Source: Eledone cirrhosa
Taxonomy: Eukaryota
NCBI GenBank assembly: GCA_964016885.1
Contig: OZ024743.1
Span: 155,682,001-155,746,000 of the forward strand
DNA: 64,000 nt
Direction: 5' to 3'
The notes under the pieces were generated by a model. It was not told the DNA's origin and searched no databases. It was given only the letters and a program-made list of their open reading frames with translations. Of this stretch, positions 14,050 through 27,093 are shown piece after piece. The position numbers and the translations under genes were made by a program. Position 1 is the stretch's first letter. Every line of letters starts with the position of its first letter.

Positions 14050-14640
14050 ACAGGCAAATAATTTCACCACCAACATCACCACTACCACGCCAAAAACTCT
14101 AGTCAAGTTATCTCAACTTCTATTTCTACATCAACTTCAACGCCATCACTACAGTACTACGATCACACACCATCACCACTGCCTCATTATCGCTACCGCC
14201 GCTATTCTCTCCCACTACCTCCTGCTAAGTACTACTAGCACATCACCACCACCACCACTGCCTCATTATCACTACTGCCGCTATTCTCTCCCACTACCTC
14301 CTGCTAAGACAGGCATCGTAGTACTCCCACTAAATGAGGAACGCATCAAAAGATATAAATAGACTGATTTGATGACCCGGTCAACAAATCAAAAAATCAA
14401 AAATAAAAATAAAAACAGCAGCAACGAAAAACGTAAAGAAAACAAAAAAGAAAAGAAAAACAAACATACTGGCAGACAAACAAAAACAAAAAAAAAACTA
14501 AGTCAGACATTCAAACATTACATTACAATGAAACTTATGCTTATTTTTGGGGGTTCTTACCTATTTGTTTGTTTGTTTATTTATTTGTTGTTTATTTGTT
14601 TGTTCGTCTACAGCGTGATAGTGTCACGCTAAAATCACCG
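14050..14640 (+). repeat. Paralogous copy of the 3170-4030 leader that precedes the Dong-like element
   Basis: Shared strings such as AAAACTCT.GTCAAGT, CGCTATTCTCTCCCACTACCTCCTGCTA, AAACTAAGTCA.ACATTCAAACA and TTCGTCTACAGCGTGATA. Confidence 0.85.
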
Positions 14641-14652
14641 AGGGTGATCAGT

Positions 14653-17046
14653 AACGCATTGTAGCAAAGAGTACAAATAGTAGGCGGTATGAGAGCAGAG
14701 TCAATCAGTATAGAAAGAACCGCATATTTGACAACAACCAGAAGATGTTGTTTGGACAGCTTGAAGGGAAAGAAAGAGGCAACGACTTGATCCCTGAGAC
14801 GGAACAGACTAAAACATTCTGGAGAGGAATATGGGTGCAGGATGTTGAACATAATGATCAGGCAGTGTGGCTTGAGACAGTACAACAGGAGATTAGTGAA
14901 CAAGCACACCAACAAACTGATTTGAGTATCACCGTTGACACTCTTAAAGGGCAGGCTAAAAAGCTAACCAACTGGAAATCACCAGGCCCAGACGGCGTGC
15001 AGCGGTATTGGATTAAACATATAACATCCCTCCACCCAAAACTGACAACCATGTTCAATGACTGCTTGATGTCAGGTGAGATACCCGAGTGGTTAACAAG
15101 CATTGTTTCTATGGAAATCTACCATCCCCTCCACATAAACAACTTGTTACCGGTCCAACAGAAAGGATACTGAAAGAGGTCCCGTGGTACAAAAGATAAG
15201 TTACCTATTGATAAGATGGTAATGAGGAATTGCAAGAGGAGACACACTGGTCTAGCCATGGGATGTATAGATTACAAAAAGGCATTCGACAGAGACCTCA
15301 TTCTTGGATAACGAAAAGCCTAGAGATATTCAAGGTGGCAGATAAATTCAGACAGTTGTTGAGCAAAAGTATGAAGTCCTGGGAGACAGTTTACATCAGG
15401 TGGAGAATCCTTGGGAGGCGTGAAGATCAAGAGAGGTATCTTCCAGAGAGATAGTTTTTCCCCTCTGCTGTTTGTCCTTGCCCTGATAACCCTGCCCATT
15501 ATACTGCTAGCAGTGAGAGCAGGAAACAAGTTGGGAAACGGAGAGCTTACCTTCAACCACCTCCTCTTCATGGACGATCTTAAACTCTTTGGGAACAGTG
15601 AGAATGAGTTGGATTTACTTGTTGACACTGTTCGTATTTCCAGCAATGATATATGTATGCAATTGGGTATTAATAAGTGTGGAGTCCTAGTGATGTAGAG
15701 GGGTAAATTGAGCAGAAACAACGGAATCCAGATACCAACAGATGAGATGATAAAGGAAATTGACACTCAAGAAGGATACAATTATTTGGGTGTTCTGGAT
15801 AAGATCTGAGTACATTAGGAGAGTAAGGAGCGTATGAAAATCACATCTAAATAGTAGGAATGTCATAAGTGCAGTGAATTCCCGAGCTGTGTCTATTATT
15901 AGGTACAGTGCGGGAATTCTCAAATTGAATGTTGCTGAAGAAAAAGAAATGGATAGGAAGACTAGTAAGCTATGGAATATATACAACATGTTCCACAAGA
16001 GGAGTGATGTCGATAGACTCTACTTAAAGAAATATGAAGGTGGAAGAGGTCTTATCAGCATAGAGGACTGTTTTCAGATGAAGAAAAACAACCTGCACAA
16101 ATACGTGACCGACAGTAGGGAGCCAATGCTCACAATTGTACTGAAGGAGAGGACAATAAGCCAGGGGATGTCCAAGGAGGATATAACATGGAGGAAAGCA
16201 ACATTCATGAGAAATCCCTTCCTATTACCTTCTTTGAGAAAACTGAATTTAGAGATTCACAGACATGGAACTGGTTAAAAAAAGGAGACCTTAAAAAGGC
16301 TACAGAAGGAATGATAATGGCAGCGCAAGAGTAGGCCTTCAGAACTAAGTGAGTGAAACACCATATTTACAAGGAGGAGGCTAGCCCACTCTGTAGGATC
16401 TGTGGAGACAGAGAGGAGACTGTGGCTCACATTGTATCCGAGTGTAAACACCTAGCCCAGACTCACTATAAAGGTTGGAGACATGTGATGGGCAGGGTGA
16501 TCCACTGGAACCTATGCAAAGTAAACAATTTACCACATTCTCTGGGAAGCGCAAAAGCCAGAGTCGGTGATAGAAATCGATCAGGCGAAGGTGCTATGGG
16601 ATTTTAGGATACAGACAGACAAGCAACTGGAACACAATAGGCCTGACCTGGTGGTTTTGGACAAGGAAAAAAGATCGTGCCTGATTGTAGATCTGGCCTG
16701 CGCATTCGACAGGAGAGTGCAAGAAAAGGAGAGGGAGAGAATTAACCGATACTGGGACATAAAGTGGGAGGTAAAATGGATTTGGAACTGCCATGATGCA
16801 GAATTGTCCCGATTGTCATAGGCGCACTAGGTACTATCTCAAAGAGTTTCCAAGTATGGTTAAAAAAAATTAGTCCAGCCCCGCTCTTTGGAACACTTCA
16901 AAGGTATGCTTGCTGGGAACAGCAAGAACCCACCGATACGTCCTGAATATGCTAGGCTGCAGGTAGCGGTTTGATATTCATTTCAACAAACTTTCCAGTT
17001 AAATAACATCAACGACTGACACTCAAATATAATAATAATAATAATA
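14653..17046 (+). mobile_element. Internally deleted R4/Dong-clade copy of the 4129-7497 element
   Basis: Near-identical peptides (MLFGQLEGKERGNDLIPE, KSPGPDG, LFMDDLK, CRICG..EETVAHIVSEC, NRPDLVV); same 3' UTR and (TAA)n tail. Confidence 0.92.
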
Positions 17047-17047
17047 A

Positions 17048-17157
17048 GTGTTTCTACTTTAGACACAAGGCCAGCAATTTATAGTACATTACTGGTACTT
17101 TATTTTATCGACCCCGTAAGGATGAAAGGCAAAGTTAACCTCGGCGGGATTTGAACT
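17048..17157 (-). mobile_element. SINE (same family as 7498-7686), head truncated by the adjacent Tx1 element
   Basis: TCGACCCCGTAAGGATGAAAGGCAAAGTTAACCTCGGCGGGATTTGAACT is shared with the other copies. Confidence 0.8.
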
Positions 17158-17160
17158 GAC

Positions 17161-20100
17161 CTTTATTGGCCACAAGGGCTGACATCAAGAAACAGATTAC
17201 AGAGCGCACAGGACGGTACAGGACGGTACGATATGGGTTTTGTGCGTGTAAATATTTTTATATTTATATAAGAAAAGAAAAAAAAAAATAGAAATATATA
17301 TATATATATATATATAAACAATAAAAATGAAAATTGAAACAATGAAAAATTCCCCAATACGGGGGAAACCTCCGAGGGTACTTGTGGCATAAAACACAGA
17401 AAAGACCATGGCCACCCTGACCACCAGGGCAAGCGCCCTCTCTCAATTTTACCATTTCTCAAACTACAGACGTATTTTCAGAGCGGTCCCGTTCACTCGG
17501 ACCATTCTCGCTACGTTCACTCATCTTTCAACAAACTTGCTAGAAGGCAACACTTGCCTCTCCATCCTGATTTTCCCCTTCAAGTGAAACTCGAAAAAGA
17601 TAATTAGGGATTCGCGAAGAGGAAAGTGTTTGTCCTTAACCTTTTCAACCTTGTCCACCACACAATCTCTTTCGCCATGGCCACCAGGCAGATTAATATC
17701 GCCTGCCCTTCCTCCTCGAAGGAAGACGGCGAGACCATTCTGCACAATGGACTCAGTCGATAACCGGATCAGTCCTACACGCGACAGCAACTGTTCGACA
17801 TAACTCCACAAGTCAGCACTGCTCGGGCACTGAACGAGTGCGTGCACGACGGTTTCGTCGCTCTGCGTGCATCTCGGACAGGCTCAGCTGACGGCACTTC
17901 CATGCCTGTAGAACTTATCTCGAACCGGCAGCACTCCCCGGTAGCACTGCCAGACCAGGGATTTTGGGAAGTTATCCATAGGTCTTGGGCTGAAAGTACT
18001 CCGGAAGAGAGCAAACAGCTGATCTTCTTCGACGCCCATGAACTCTCCAAGTATGTCGTCGCTCTACTCCTCCACTAGTCCTCTGTAGAACGCCGAGGTG
18101 GATGTTCCACCGATACTGGTGCCCAGCTGGCAGAGGGCAGTGAGCGCCTGGAGACATTCCCGTTTCCAAGCGCTATCCCTTGGTCTTTTTCTGACCCAGG
18201 ACTGCAGCTCCGTCAAGGAGACGAGCTGCGGGAAAACGTTCCTGGCGAACGGTGACCATACCTCTACACTGTCAAGGAAGCACCAGAGAACATGGGAGCG
18301 CGTCCCTTCCACAAAAAGCGGCAGAGGGGGCACTCCAGTTTGGTGAGAGTTGGGCCGGGGCAAGGGACGACGGTGAAGCAGTAGCAGATGACGGATGCGA
18401 TGTACCCATTCGCCACCTCCGCTCGGCCTTTAAGGGACAGCATCTTCTCGGCCCATTTCTGGGTGAAGGAGGCCACCTTGCTCGTCACCTCGTTCCAGTT
18501 TTTCTCTATCTGGAGGTCCGGTCCGAACGAGATTCAGAGAAATTTAACCGATGCGTCCGTCCAACGCCCACGACGCTATCGGCCGCTATCGCAACGCTAT
18601 AGGTGCCGAGCTGCAAGCCCACCGGCTTTTCCTGGTTTATCTCTGCTCTTGTCACGGCTTGGAATTCCTTGAGAGTGGTGCCGAGCATCTAGACGTGTCT
18701 GGTGCTCGAAACCACGAAAGTGACGTTGTCCGCGTAAGCCAACTCGGATTTTCCGCATCCTAGTTCGCGTGGGAGGCCCCTCATCGCTCCCAGTTTGTGC
18801 AGTAACGGCTCGAGAGCCAATACGTACAAGAGGGACGAGAGGGGACAAACCTGGCATGATGCTGAACGGCTGCACCAGGTGACCGTTCACCCTCACTACT
18901 GAGCAGATGTCGCTGTACATCGCAGCGATCCAATCCCTGAAAACGGGCCCGAAACCGGCTGCCTCGAGGACCGCCGTCAGGTACCGATGGTCGACCCTAT
19001 CGAAAGCTTTGGATTGATCCAAGTTGATCAGGGCCCCACCAGTGCCAGGTTCCTTAACCACCCTTTCTATGATGTATCGCATGGGGTGGAGGTTGTCGTG
19101 CATGGATCTGTTCGGAATGGCGGATGTCTGCGCCTCTCCCACCAGACCCTCGTTGCTAACAACTTGGCCAAAATCTTGAACTCTACATTTAGCAGGGTTA
19201 TGGGCCTGAAATTATAGATAACATCCCCCTTGTTCGGGTCTTTTCTCAGCAGCGCCTCCGCTCCTGGGCTCAAAAAACAGGGAATGCTCCCGTTCTGCTG
19301 CCAGTTGCAGGAGATTTCTGCCAAGAGGTCACCGAACAAATCTGGCATAAATGCGTGAAGCGCGTAGGGCAGAACATCCAAACCTTGTGATTTACCCCTC
19401 GAGCAGTTAGTCATCTCTTCCCGTATTTCACCGGCCGTATTTCACCGGCTGTTATTGGCTTTTCGCAACACTCTGCTGCGGTCGTCGAGAGCCGAGGCAG
19501 TCCGTCGAGGTATGTACTGAAGTCCATGAGCTGATCCGGGCCGCCGCTGCTCCCGAAGAGTTCAGCAAAGTGCTGCTGAAAAGCTTCACACATCCGCTCG
19601 GGTTCGAGCAACACGCACCAATTAGTAGTTTTTTTTCTGTGATGTCTGTGTGCTGCTTTATATATTGTATGAGTTCTGTTTTTGCCATGTTTATGGCTGT
19701 GTACTTTTGGGGGGAGAGGGGTGATTTTGTTGCTGTTTTCTTCTTGTTGCTGTTTGGTTTTGTTTGCGTTGTTGGTGTTCTTGGTGATGCTGGTGGTGGT
19801 GTGGTTGTTGTTGGCGGTGGTGCTTGTGGTGGTGCTGGTGATGGTGGTGGTGTTGCTGCATGTTTCCTTGCTGCCTTTACCCCTCTTTGTGTGCTTTCGC
19901 TTTTGGAGGGTGAATCTAAGGGGTTTTTGTTTTTTGTCTTTTGTGGCAGACCGTTTCCCACTTCTCTATCGCCTCAAACTACATGTCGGATTCCGTGGCG
20001 TCTGGGAGGGGTATGTGCTCCACGTCTGTTGGTGGTCTTAGTGGAGCGCTCTTCTGTAATTTTGCTGCTGGTGTAACTACTTCAAATGTAGCTATTGGTG

Positions 20101-21400
20101 TTGCCGCCACTGATGCTGCTGCTTTAGTTGTGCGTGGCCTTGGTACGGGTTCCATGGACGTTGCCCTTCTACTAACCGTGGAGGGGGATTCTGCGTTTGT
20201 TGCCTGCCCTGCTCTTGGTAGCAGCGGACCAGGTATTGGAAGGAGAGGGGCGTTCTTCTTCGCTGTCTTCTGCGGGAAAAAGGCCCTGAGGTGACCCTTC
20301 GACCCACAGAGATAACATTTGGCCGCCTTCCTTCTATGCTTATAGGGAGTTGGAGTCCTTCCTCGAAGTCTATTATATCTGGAATAGCGTCAATGCATTC
20401 TTGGTCAGTTTGTATAAGCATTTGTATGCCTATACCTAACCAGTTCTCTCTCCCTATTTTCTCTACTTGCAGCATGGCCGTTTTGTCCTCGATTCCAGCA
20501 AGAACAGACGCAGCCAACCAAGGTATGGGCACGTTGGGTGGGACCTGAGTCACTTTGACCCTCACCATATTCTGCCCGCAGTAGGAGGGCACCAAGTCTA
20601 TCTCCTCACTCTTTAGGGTTTCCAAAGTGTGAGACTTTTTCTTCCTGGTGGGGTGGCGAAAAGTACGTCTACTGTGGCGTACTTTCTGCCTCGTGTGATG
20701 TGGGTTTTGCGTTCCCAGACGCATCCCAAGGCCTTTTGGATTTGAGCTGCACTGGCTCTCTCCACCCAATGTGAGATTTTGCTTACGGTGCGGTAAGTCA
20801 CCGTCCGTGGCTGCTGGTCCTTGAAAAAATCGGGTGGAGGTTTCAGGGAAACTCTATTGGCGCTTCTTGTCACCATGGCCGTTGCGACTGCCATCTCCTC
20901 CTCTGTGACTAACACTGTCTTGATATTTCGGGCGACTCCTGCAAAAGGAGTGGTCCCTTTTTCAGCAGCACCACTATTGCTGCCGTTACTGGTCTTACTG
21001 GTGGTGCTGAGATTGCTGTTACAGGTATTGATGTCATTGTTGATGTTTTCGTTGGTCCAGTTGTTGGTGTTGTTATTGTTGTTTTCGTTGATACTGTTCC
21101 TGTTGTTACTGTTTTTGTGGCTGTTGTTATTATTGTTGTTTTTGTTGATGTTGTTCCTACTATTATTGTTGCTGTGGCGGTTGTTATTGTTATTGTTATT
21201 GTCGTTCTCGACCTTACCGCTGTTATTTTTGTTGTTGCTGTTGTTATTGATGGTGTTGTTGTTGGTGTTCTTGTTTGTGTTATTGTTGGTGTTGTTTGTG
21301 TTAGAAATATTTGGTAATTTTATATCTGTAACAATCCTCTTTTCCTTTTTTACCAGCGGTAACAGAGAGAAATACAAGCTATAATTATTTTGGGGATATT
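17161..21400 (-). mobile_element. Second, diverged Tx1/L1-clade element; APE domain deleted
   Basis: RT pieces FRPITLLNVEFKILAK and LDQSKAFDRVDH; ORF1 with poly-Asn tract and KCYLCGSKGHLRA knuckle; junction near 19610 joins the ORF1 end directly to the pre-RT linker. Confidence 0.88.
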
Positions 21401-23017
21401 TCTCCTCATCAACATTGTGTATTTATACCTTTCTGCTACACACTGGAACTGTTGTGAACATATAGCATTCTCTAAAGTGTACATCGCCTGATTAGCCTAG
21501 TTTGCATACCGAGCTCTTTTACGGATGGTCTCGCCGAAAATGAAAATTAAAACTAGTTTTCGCTCTAACATAGCGGATTCGTAAATTCATCCGTAAGAGA
21601 ATAATATTAATACTATTTGATTCGTTTGCAAGCAAAAAGCCTCATTGCCCCATTTGTTCTTGATGACTGGAGTCATCCTTTCGATCCAGCAGTAGCAAAA
21701 AGAAAAACAAACTACAATTGTTTCGGGGTTGTTGCCCTTTATCAAGGTTGTGTTTTTCTCCCTTTTCTGCAACATAATGGATCACTTGAGAATACATAGT
21801 ATTTTCAAAAGTATACATCGACTGATTAGCCTAATCCCTACCAGGGCGATAAAATAAAGCATCATTAATGACTTTATTTGACTTTGCCGACACTTAAAAT
21901 TATTGGCCTTTTGCCTGGAACCGCTGGAATGAGGAAGCTAGTCGTCCAGAAAAAAATGGCGTTATGAGGCTGTTTGTTTGCAAACGTATCGAACATTAAT
22001 AATATTATTATTATGTTATTACTATTCACTCACAAATTAATTATCCGCTATATCACAGTGAAATCAAATTGTGTTTCTAATTTTCGGCAAATTCAGCTGG
22101 AAAATCGCTCGGTATTCAAAATAACCTAATCAGCAGATGTTTATAAGAGTTCTATTGTGTAGCAAAAAAAAGAAGAGATACACTATCTTTTCTAGGTGTA
22201 ATAACCGTGAAACAATTGCTAAATATTTCGCTCTGCAACCGCTAGGGAAAATGATGGCGATAGACGTTTAAGGCACATAGTGTTATGAGGGTGTTTTATC
22301 GCAGTTGATTTGAATATTAATAATATTATTATTTCGATATTAAACTCATGAATGAATTTGCGTATCTACTACGTTAGATTGAAAACAAATTATCACATTA
22401 ATTTGGGGCAAAACCACCCGTAAAATCGTTCGGTATGCAAATTATGTTAATCAGCCGATGTATAAACACGAGTTCTCGAGTGTAGCAGAAAACTGAGAAA
22501 TACGCAGTTTTGATATGCAGCAATAACCCTGAAACAATTGTAGATTGTGTTTTTGTCCGCTACCACTGGAACAAAAGGATGATTTTAGTTATCTTGAACA
22601 CATGGATTTATAAGGCTGTTTGCTTGTAAACGAATTGAATATTAATAATATTATTATAATATTTTTATTCACTCATGAGTGAATTTATGTATCACCTATT
22701 TTAGAGCAAAGACAAAATTTGTTTATAATAATCGGCAAAGCCAGCAGCAAAAGTGCTCTGTATGCAAATTAGTCTAACCAACTGATGTACACTTCGGAGA
22801 ATATTATTTATCGTCAAGTGTTCCAAAATGTAGCAGAAAAGGGCGAAATACAAAAGCTTGATGAAGGGAAATAACCCCGGAAGAACCGTCGATTGTTTCT
22901 CTCTGCGACTGTAGGAATCGGAGACTGACGATAGTCATGAAGAGAACACATGGCATTGTGAGGCTGTTTGCTTGCTAGAAAATCAACTATTAAGAATATT
23001 ATTATTATTCACTCACG
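21400..23017. repeat. Diverged ~320-350-bp tandem array with a head-to-head inversion
   Basis: TT(A/G)T(G/A)AGG(C/G)TGTTT at 21962, 22282, 22608 and 22956; reverse-complement unit at ~21400-21830; TATGCAAA recurs in several units. Confidence 0.75.
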
Positions 23018-23022
23018 AATGC

Positions 23023-23105
<83 letters not shown>

Positions 23106-23189
23106 AGTGTATGTGTGTGTGTGTATATGTGTATATGTGTATGTGTGTATGTGTGTGTGTGTGCGTGTGTGTGTTTGTGGTTGTATGTA

Positions 23190-23450
23190 TATGCGCGGGG
23201 ACATAGAAAATGTCGGGCTGGACACCCGATTGCGCGGTTAAACACCCTAGCATTTGTCAGGGCATTCCTCTAGGAGAAGGCAACTCAGGAAACTGGGATA
23301 ATTCCGATATGAAACCTGCGGCTCAGTAGTTACCGATGATGTTGATCTTTACTTCTTTTCGGGTTTTAGCTACTGTCGCTCAGATAGTGGGATTGGCTCA
23401 GTGCACAGTCTTTCTTAACTTTAAAACATATCTTCACGCACAGGTACTGC
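23190..23450 (+). mobile_element. Possible 5' leader fragment of an RTE-like element
   Basis: GC-richer island with CAGGGCATTCCTCTAGGAGAAGGCAACTC...AAACC, resembling RTE 5' UTR motifs from memory; no ORF follows. Confidence 0.3.
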
Positions 23451-23519
23451 ATGATATATATTTAATTAATAATGGTATATCGTGCAATGGCCATACTCGA
23501 TAACGAGGGGGAAGCCATC

Positions 23520-23576
<57 letters not shown>

Positions 23577-23690
23577 CTGTGTAAGTGTTTTGATCTTTAC
23601 GCAGCCCTTAGACCGCAGATGCAAGTTAATGTTCGGTATATTTCATCCAGACGCAAGTTAAATTTGTAGATTATTTATTTAAAAATAAAA

Positions 23691-24344
23691 TTATCGAGAA
23701 CCGAAACTTCGGCCCACGAAATAACGAAAATCAATCTCCGAAATGTGCGGCAAAGTGCTCAATGGTTCGGATGAAACAGAGCTATAACTAACGTTTAATA
23801 CCAAACACACTGAGACGATGCTTAAACAATCATTCGCACAACCAGAAAATACGATCAAGTAATTCGGGTCAAAAAAATAAAAATACACATGATTGAAAAG
23901 TTTACCCGCACCCCCTGGAAAAGTGGTAAAATCCAGCATTTGGGTTTCTGCGACTGCGAAATCAGGTACCGTCCGCCTACATAAAAAAAATGTCCGGCTT
24001 CTGGTAAGATGATGAACAAGGAAATCGCTTTTTCAACAGGCTTTTAGTTCAGTAAGACTGTTACAGAATCCACGTGGGGATCAGCAAGGAAGGCAACCCC
24101 TATATTAGGCGAATGAATTCAGATGTGTATATATTATAGTAAGAATACAAAATATCACAAATCGAATTAGAGTTCTCAACAGACTGGTTAAAGTTAACAT
24201 AAGCTATTCATCAGTCAATAGAATCAACTAAAAAATCAATAAAATTAACTGATCAATAGCTAGAGTCTGGAGATAAATACAAATAACATTATCGAGAATC
24301 GAAACTTCAGCCCACGAAATAACGAAAAACAATCTTCGAAATGT
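23691..24344. repeat. Unclassified element bounded by ~56-bp direct repeats
   Basis: TTATCGAGAA(C/T)CGAAACTTC(G/A)GCCCACGAAATAACGAAAA.CAATCT(C/T)CGAAATGT at 23691-23746 and 24289-24344. Confidence 0.7.
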
Positions 24345-24447
24345 ACTTTATTTCATCGACCCCGTCAGGATGAAAGGCAAAGTTAACCTCGGCGGGATTT
24401 TAACTCAGACCATAAAGGAACGTAACTATGCTGGAAAGCATGGCATA
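24345..24447 (-). mobile_element. SINE fragment (same family)
   Basis: TCGACCCCGTCAGGATGAAAGGCAAAGTTAACCTCGGCGGGATTT. Confidence 0.75.
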
Positions 24448-24524
24448 ATAATAACTATTTCCGTTCCATTAAATTAATAATCAGAACATTGTCGTTTTAT
24501 ATATATACTTTTATACACACAAAT

Positions 24525-24604
<80 letters not shown>

Positions 24605-25200
24605 CATGTGTGTGTGTGTGTGTGCGTGTGTGTATGTGTGTGTGTGCGTGTGTTGAGCATAAATAGATCTGCGTATGTCTATTTCTAATATTTAAATGCA
24701 TTTAATTCTGAAAAATTATTGTTTAATTATCTATCCTTCTATTTTAATTTTGCTTTTATCGTATTGTATAAGCCATATCAATACACGTGTAGTAATTTAT
24801 AAATAACTTCCTGAACTTAATGAAAACAATATGTCAGCGTGTGTCTGTTTATTTATCTGTCTGTATGCTTCTCTGTCGTACAAGGTGCAAAGAGCTTTCG
24901 TGTGACCACCTTTCCTGCTCGAAATGACAGTGAAATAAAACTTAACCTTCTGCCCCTCACACATTCACACATTAAATTGTATCTATTTATGTATTACGCT
25001 TTCTTACTCTATATATATTCCTAGCCCTTTATCTATCAAATAATGTTTCCTCCCAATTCATTTGATAATTCTACCATTGATTTTAATTTCATAATTGACA
25101 TTTTTTCAAATTTGTTGGCAATCACAACAATCGATTTCAACATTCCAAACGTTATCCGACGGATAAGCAACTGGATTTGTCTAGTAATAATAATAATAAT

Positions 25201-25372
25201 GGTTTCTGATTTAGAGAGAAGCAAATGTGCGGGTAGGGAAAATCGATTAAAACGACCCCAGTGCGTTTACTGGTGTTTTATTTATCGACCCCGTAAGGAT
25301 GAATGGCAAAGCTAACCTCGGTGGGATTTGAACTCATAACGTAAAGGGATGTAACTCTATGCTGTGAAGCAT
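25201..25372 (-). mobile_element. SINE (same family, longer 3' region) next to (TAA)n
   Basis: TTATCGACCCCGTAAGGATGAATGGCAAAGCTAACCTCGGTGGGATTTGAACTC; TAA repeat at 25184-25200. Confidence 0.75.
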
Positions 25373-25374
25373 AT

Positions 25375-26060
25375 TTGTTGTCCATTTAGATTTATATCCT
25401 CGATGATTGAATGGTTAGCCTTTTTATAGGTGGAGTTTAGGCTGCTCCTGATCCGTGTGAGGTATCTGTCCGGATTGACGAAATAGAGATTTCCAGTTTT
25501 GTCCGAGTGCACCAGGATGTCGTTTGTGATTTCATACTCTGTTATTTTGCTACGGAGTTGTTGTAGGAATCGGTTGTGTCTGGGTTTGAATTGAATACCC
25601 TTGACCAGCTGGTAAACGTCGTTCTCGAAGGGTGAATGCATAGGGTTCGGTGGGGGAGATTTGTAGGTATTGAATCCGAATCTCTCCTTGGTGTCGAAGT
25701 CCTGGTTGTCGCGGTATCTATCATAGAAAACTGTTCGCTATCTTAGTCTTTTCGCAAACAGGTCGATTTCTTTGCGCGAGCATCCGAAGGTAAAGTTTTA
25801 TCGTTGGAATTTGGATGTTCTTGGTAGAGAAGTCAATATTGTGATTTCGCGTGGTGCGGGTAAAGAAACTTGAGATGGGTGGAAAAGTCAGGATAAGATA
25901 GGCGAATAAGATAGGGGAAACCACGGCATACATAGGTAGATGTACCTCTTTTCTTTTCTTCGATGTTTTCTTCTTCACTTTGTTTCCTCCTATCACTCCC
26001 TTCCACCACTGATCTTGTTCCTCGTTCGGTTTTTCCCCTTTCGCCTACCCCGAGGCAGCC
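25375..26060 (-). mobile_element. Penelope-like (Naiad-type) ORF N-terminal fragment
   Basis: ORF 25357-25641 FENDVYQLVKGIQFK...ILVHSDKTGNLY carries the PLE pre-RT DKG/DKT motif. Confidence 0.7.
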
Positions 26061-26652
26061 CATCGGGACACTGTAACCTCAGTACCCCCACCCCAGTAAC
26101 TTAAATATAGCATTGGCCGTTTACGCTATACTAACTATTCATAGCAGCTGTGTTAGACCCCAGAGATTGTGTTTTACTTTTTACTACCAAATTCTACAAT
26201 TTCGATAATTCTTATTTAGTATATTCTATTCTCAACTCATTCTATAGCATTGGCCAAAAAAGCCACACCAACTAAATATAGCAGCTGTTTTAGACTCTAT
26301 AGTCTTTGTTTTTTATCACTTCTCACTATCCAATTTTATATTTTTATATATCTTTCTATTATTTTATTATTATTTTTTTATTGTCACCTAATCCCAATTG
26401 ATTTACCCATTCTAAAATGTCCCTACTCCATTTTTCTCCAGAGACCTTTTTTCGCCTACCTCCTCTGGCCCACTTTCATACATATTCCTTAGAATTTGCC
26501 GTATAGATTTCACCTTCCATGATTGACCTGCTCCACCCACTCCCTCATCGATCTACAGGCAAGTTCAGCCACCCTCACATCCTGCCATGATAGACTTTTT
26601 TGCAACAAATGTTGACCAATCCTCATGACCACTACAATATTCCCATATAAGG

Positions 26653-26760
26653 AAGTACCCCTTGAAAAGTTCGGCTATTTATTTACCAGACTAAAAATTC
26701 TAATTTAGTCCAGAAATAGCCGTCGAAACGGCTTGAGCTCTGCCGTCGGGGGTCATACTT
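26653..26760 (+). ncRNA. Type I hammerhead ribozyme, U3-A8 variant core, in a PLE terminal repeat
   Basis: CCCC-UUGAAAA-[stem II GGCUAUUU/AAAUAGCC plus GACUAAA/UUUAGUC]-GAAAC-GGC-UUGAGCUCU-GCC-GUC^GGGG; predicted cleavage after 26747. Confidence 0.75.
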
Positions 26761-26844
26761 TCTCCCATTACCCACTCTACAACCCTAAGTATTGAGTACT
26801 CTGGTGCGTTATGGTCCATCTGGTTCCTTACCACAACTACTTCG

Positions 26845-26912
<68 letters not shown>

Positions 26913-27093
26913 AGTTCAAGTATAATCACGGCTAACATATAAGTAAATAGATTTGTGTTTTCTCTGTTAATGCCATCGTCATTTCACCATTCGGTTAAAA
27001 TACTCTACATTTTAACCGGATATTTGGAATTGAAGACGTGTTCGTTGGGACATCATTAGAGAATCGTCTCATTATTTATCTTAAATTATTAAT

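Noticed and set aside
11829-21384. Long Leu/Val-rich + strand ORFs resembling membrane proteins (e.g. 12853-13296, 20821-21384)
   Set aside because: Antisense shadows of the AAC/AGC-rich Tx1 ORF1
21400-23017. CRISPR-like periodicity
   Set aside because: Units are ~320 bp and diverged throughout, with no repeat-spacer structure, in a eukaryotic context
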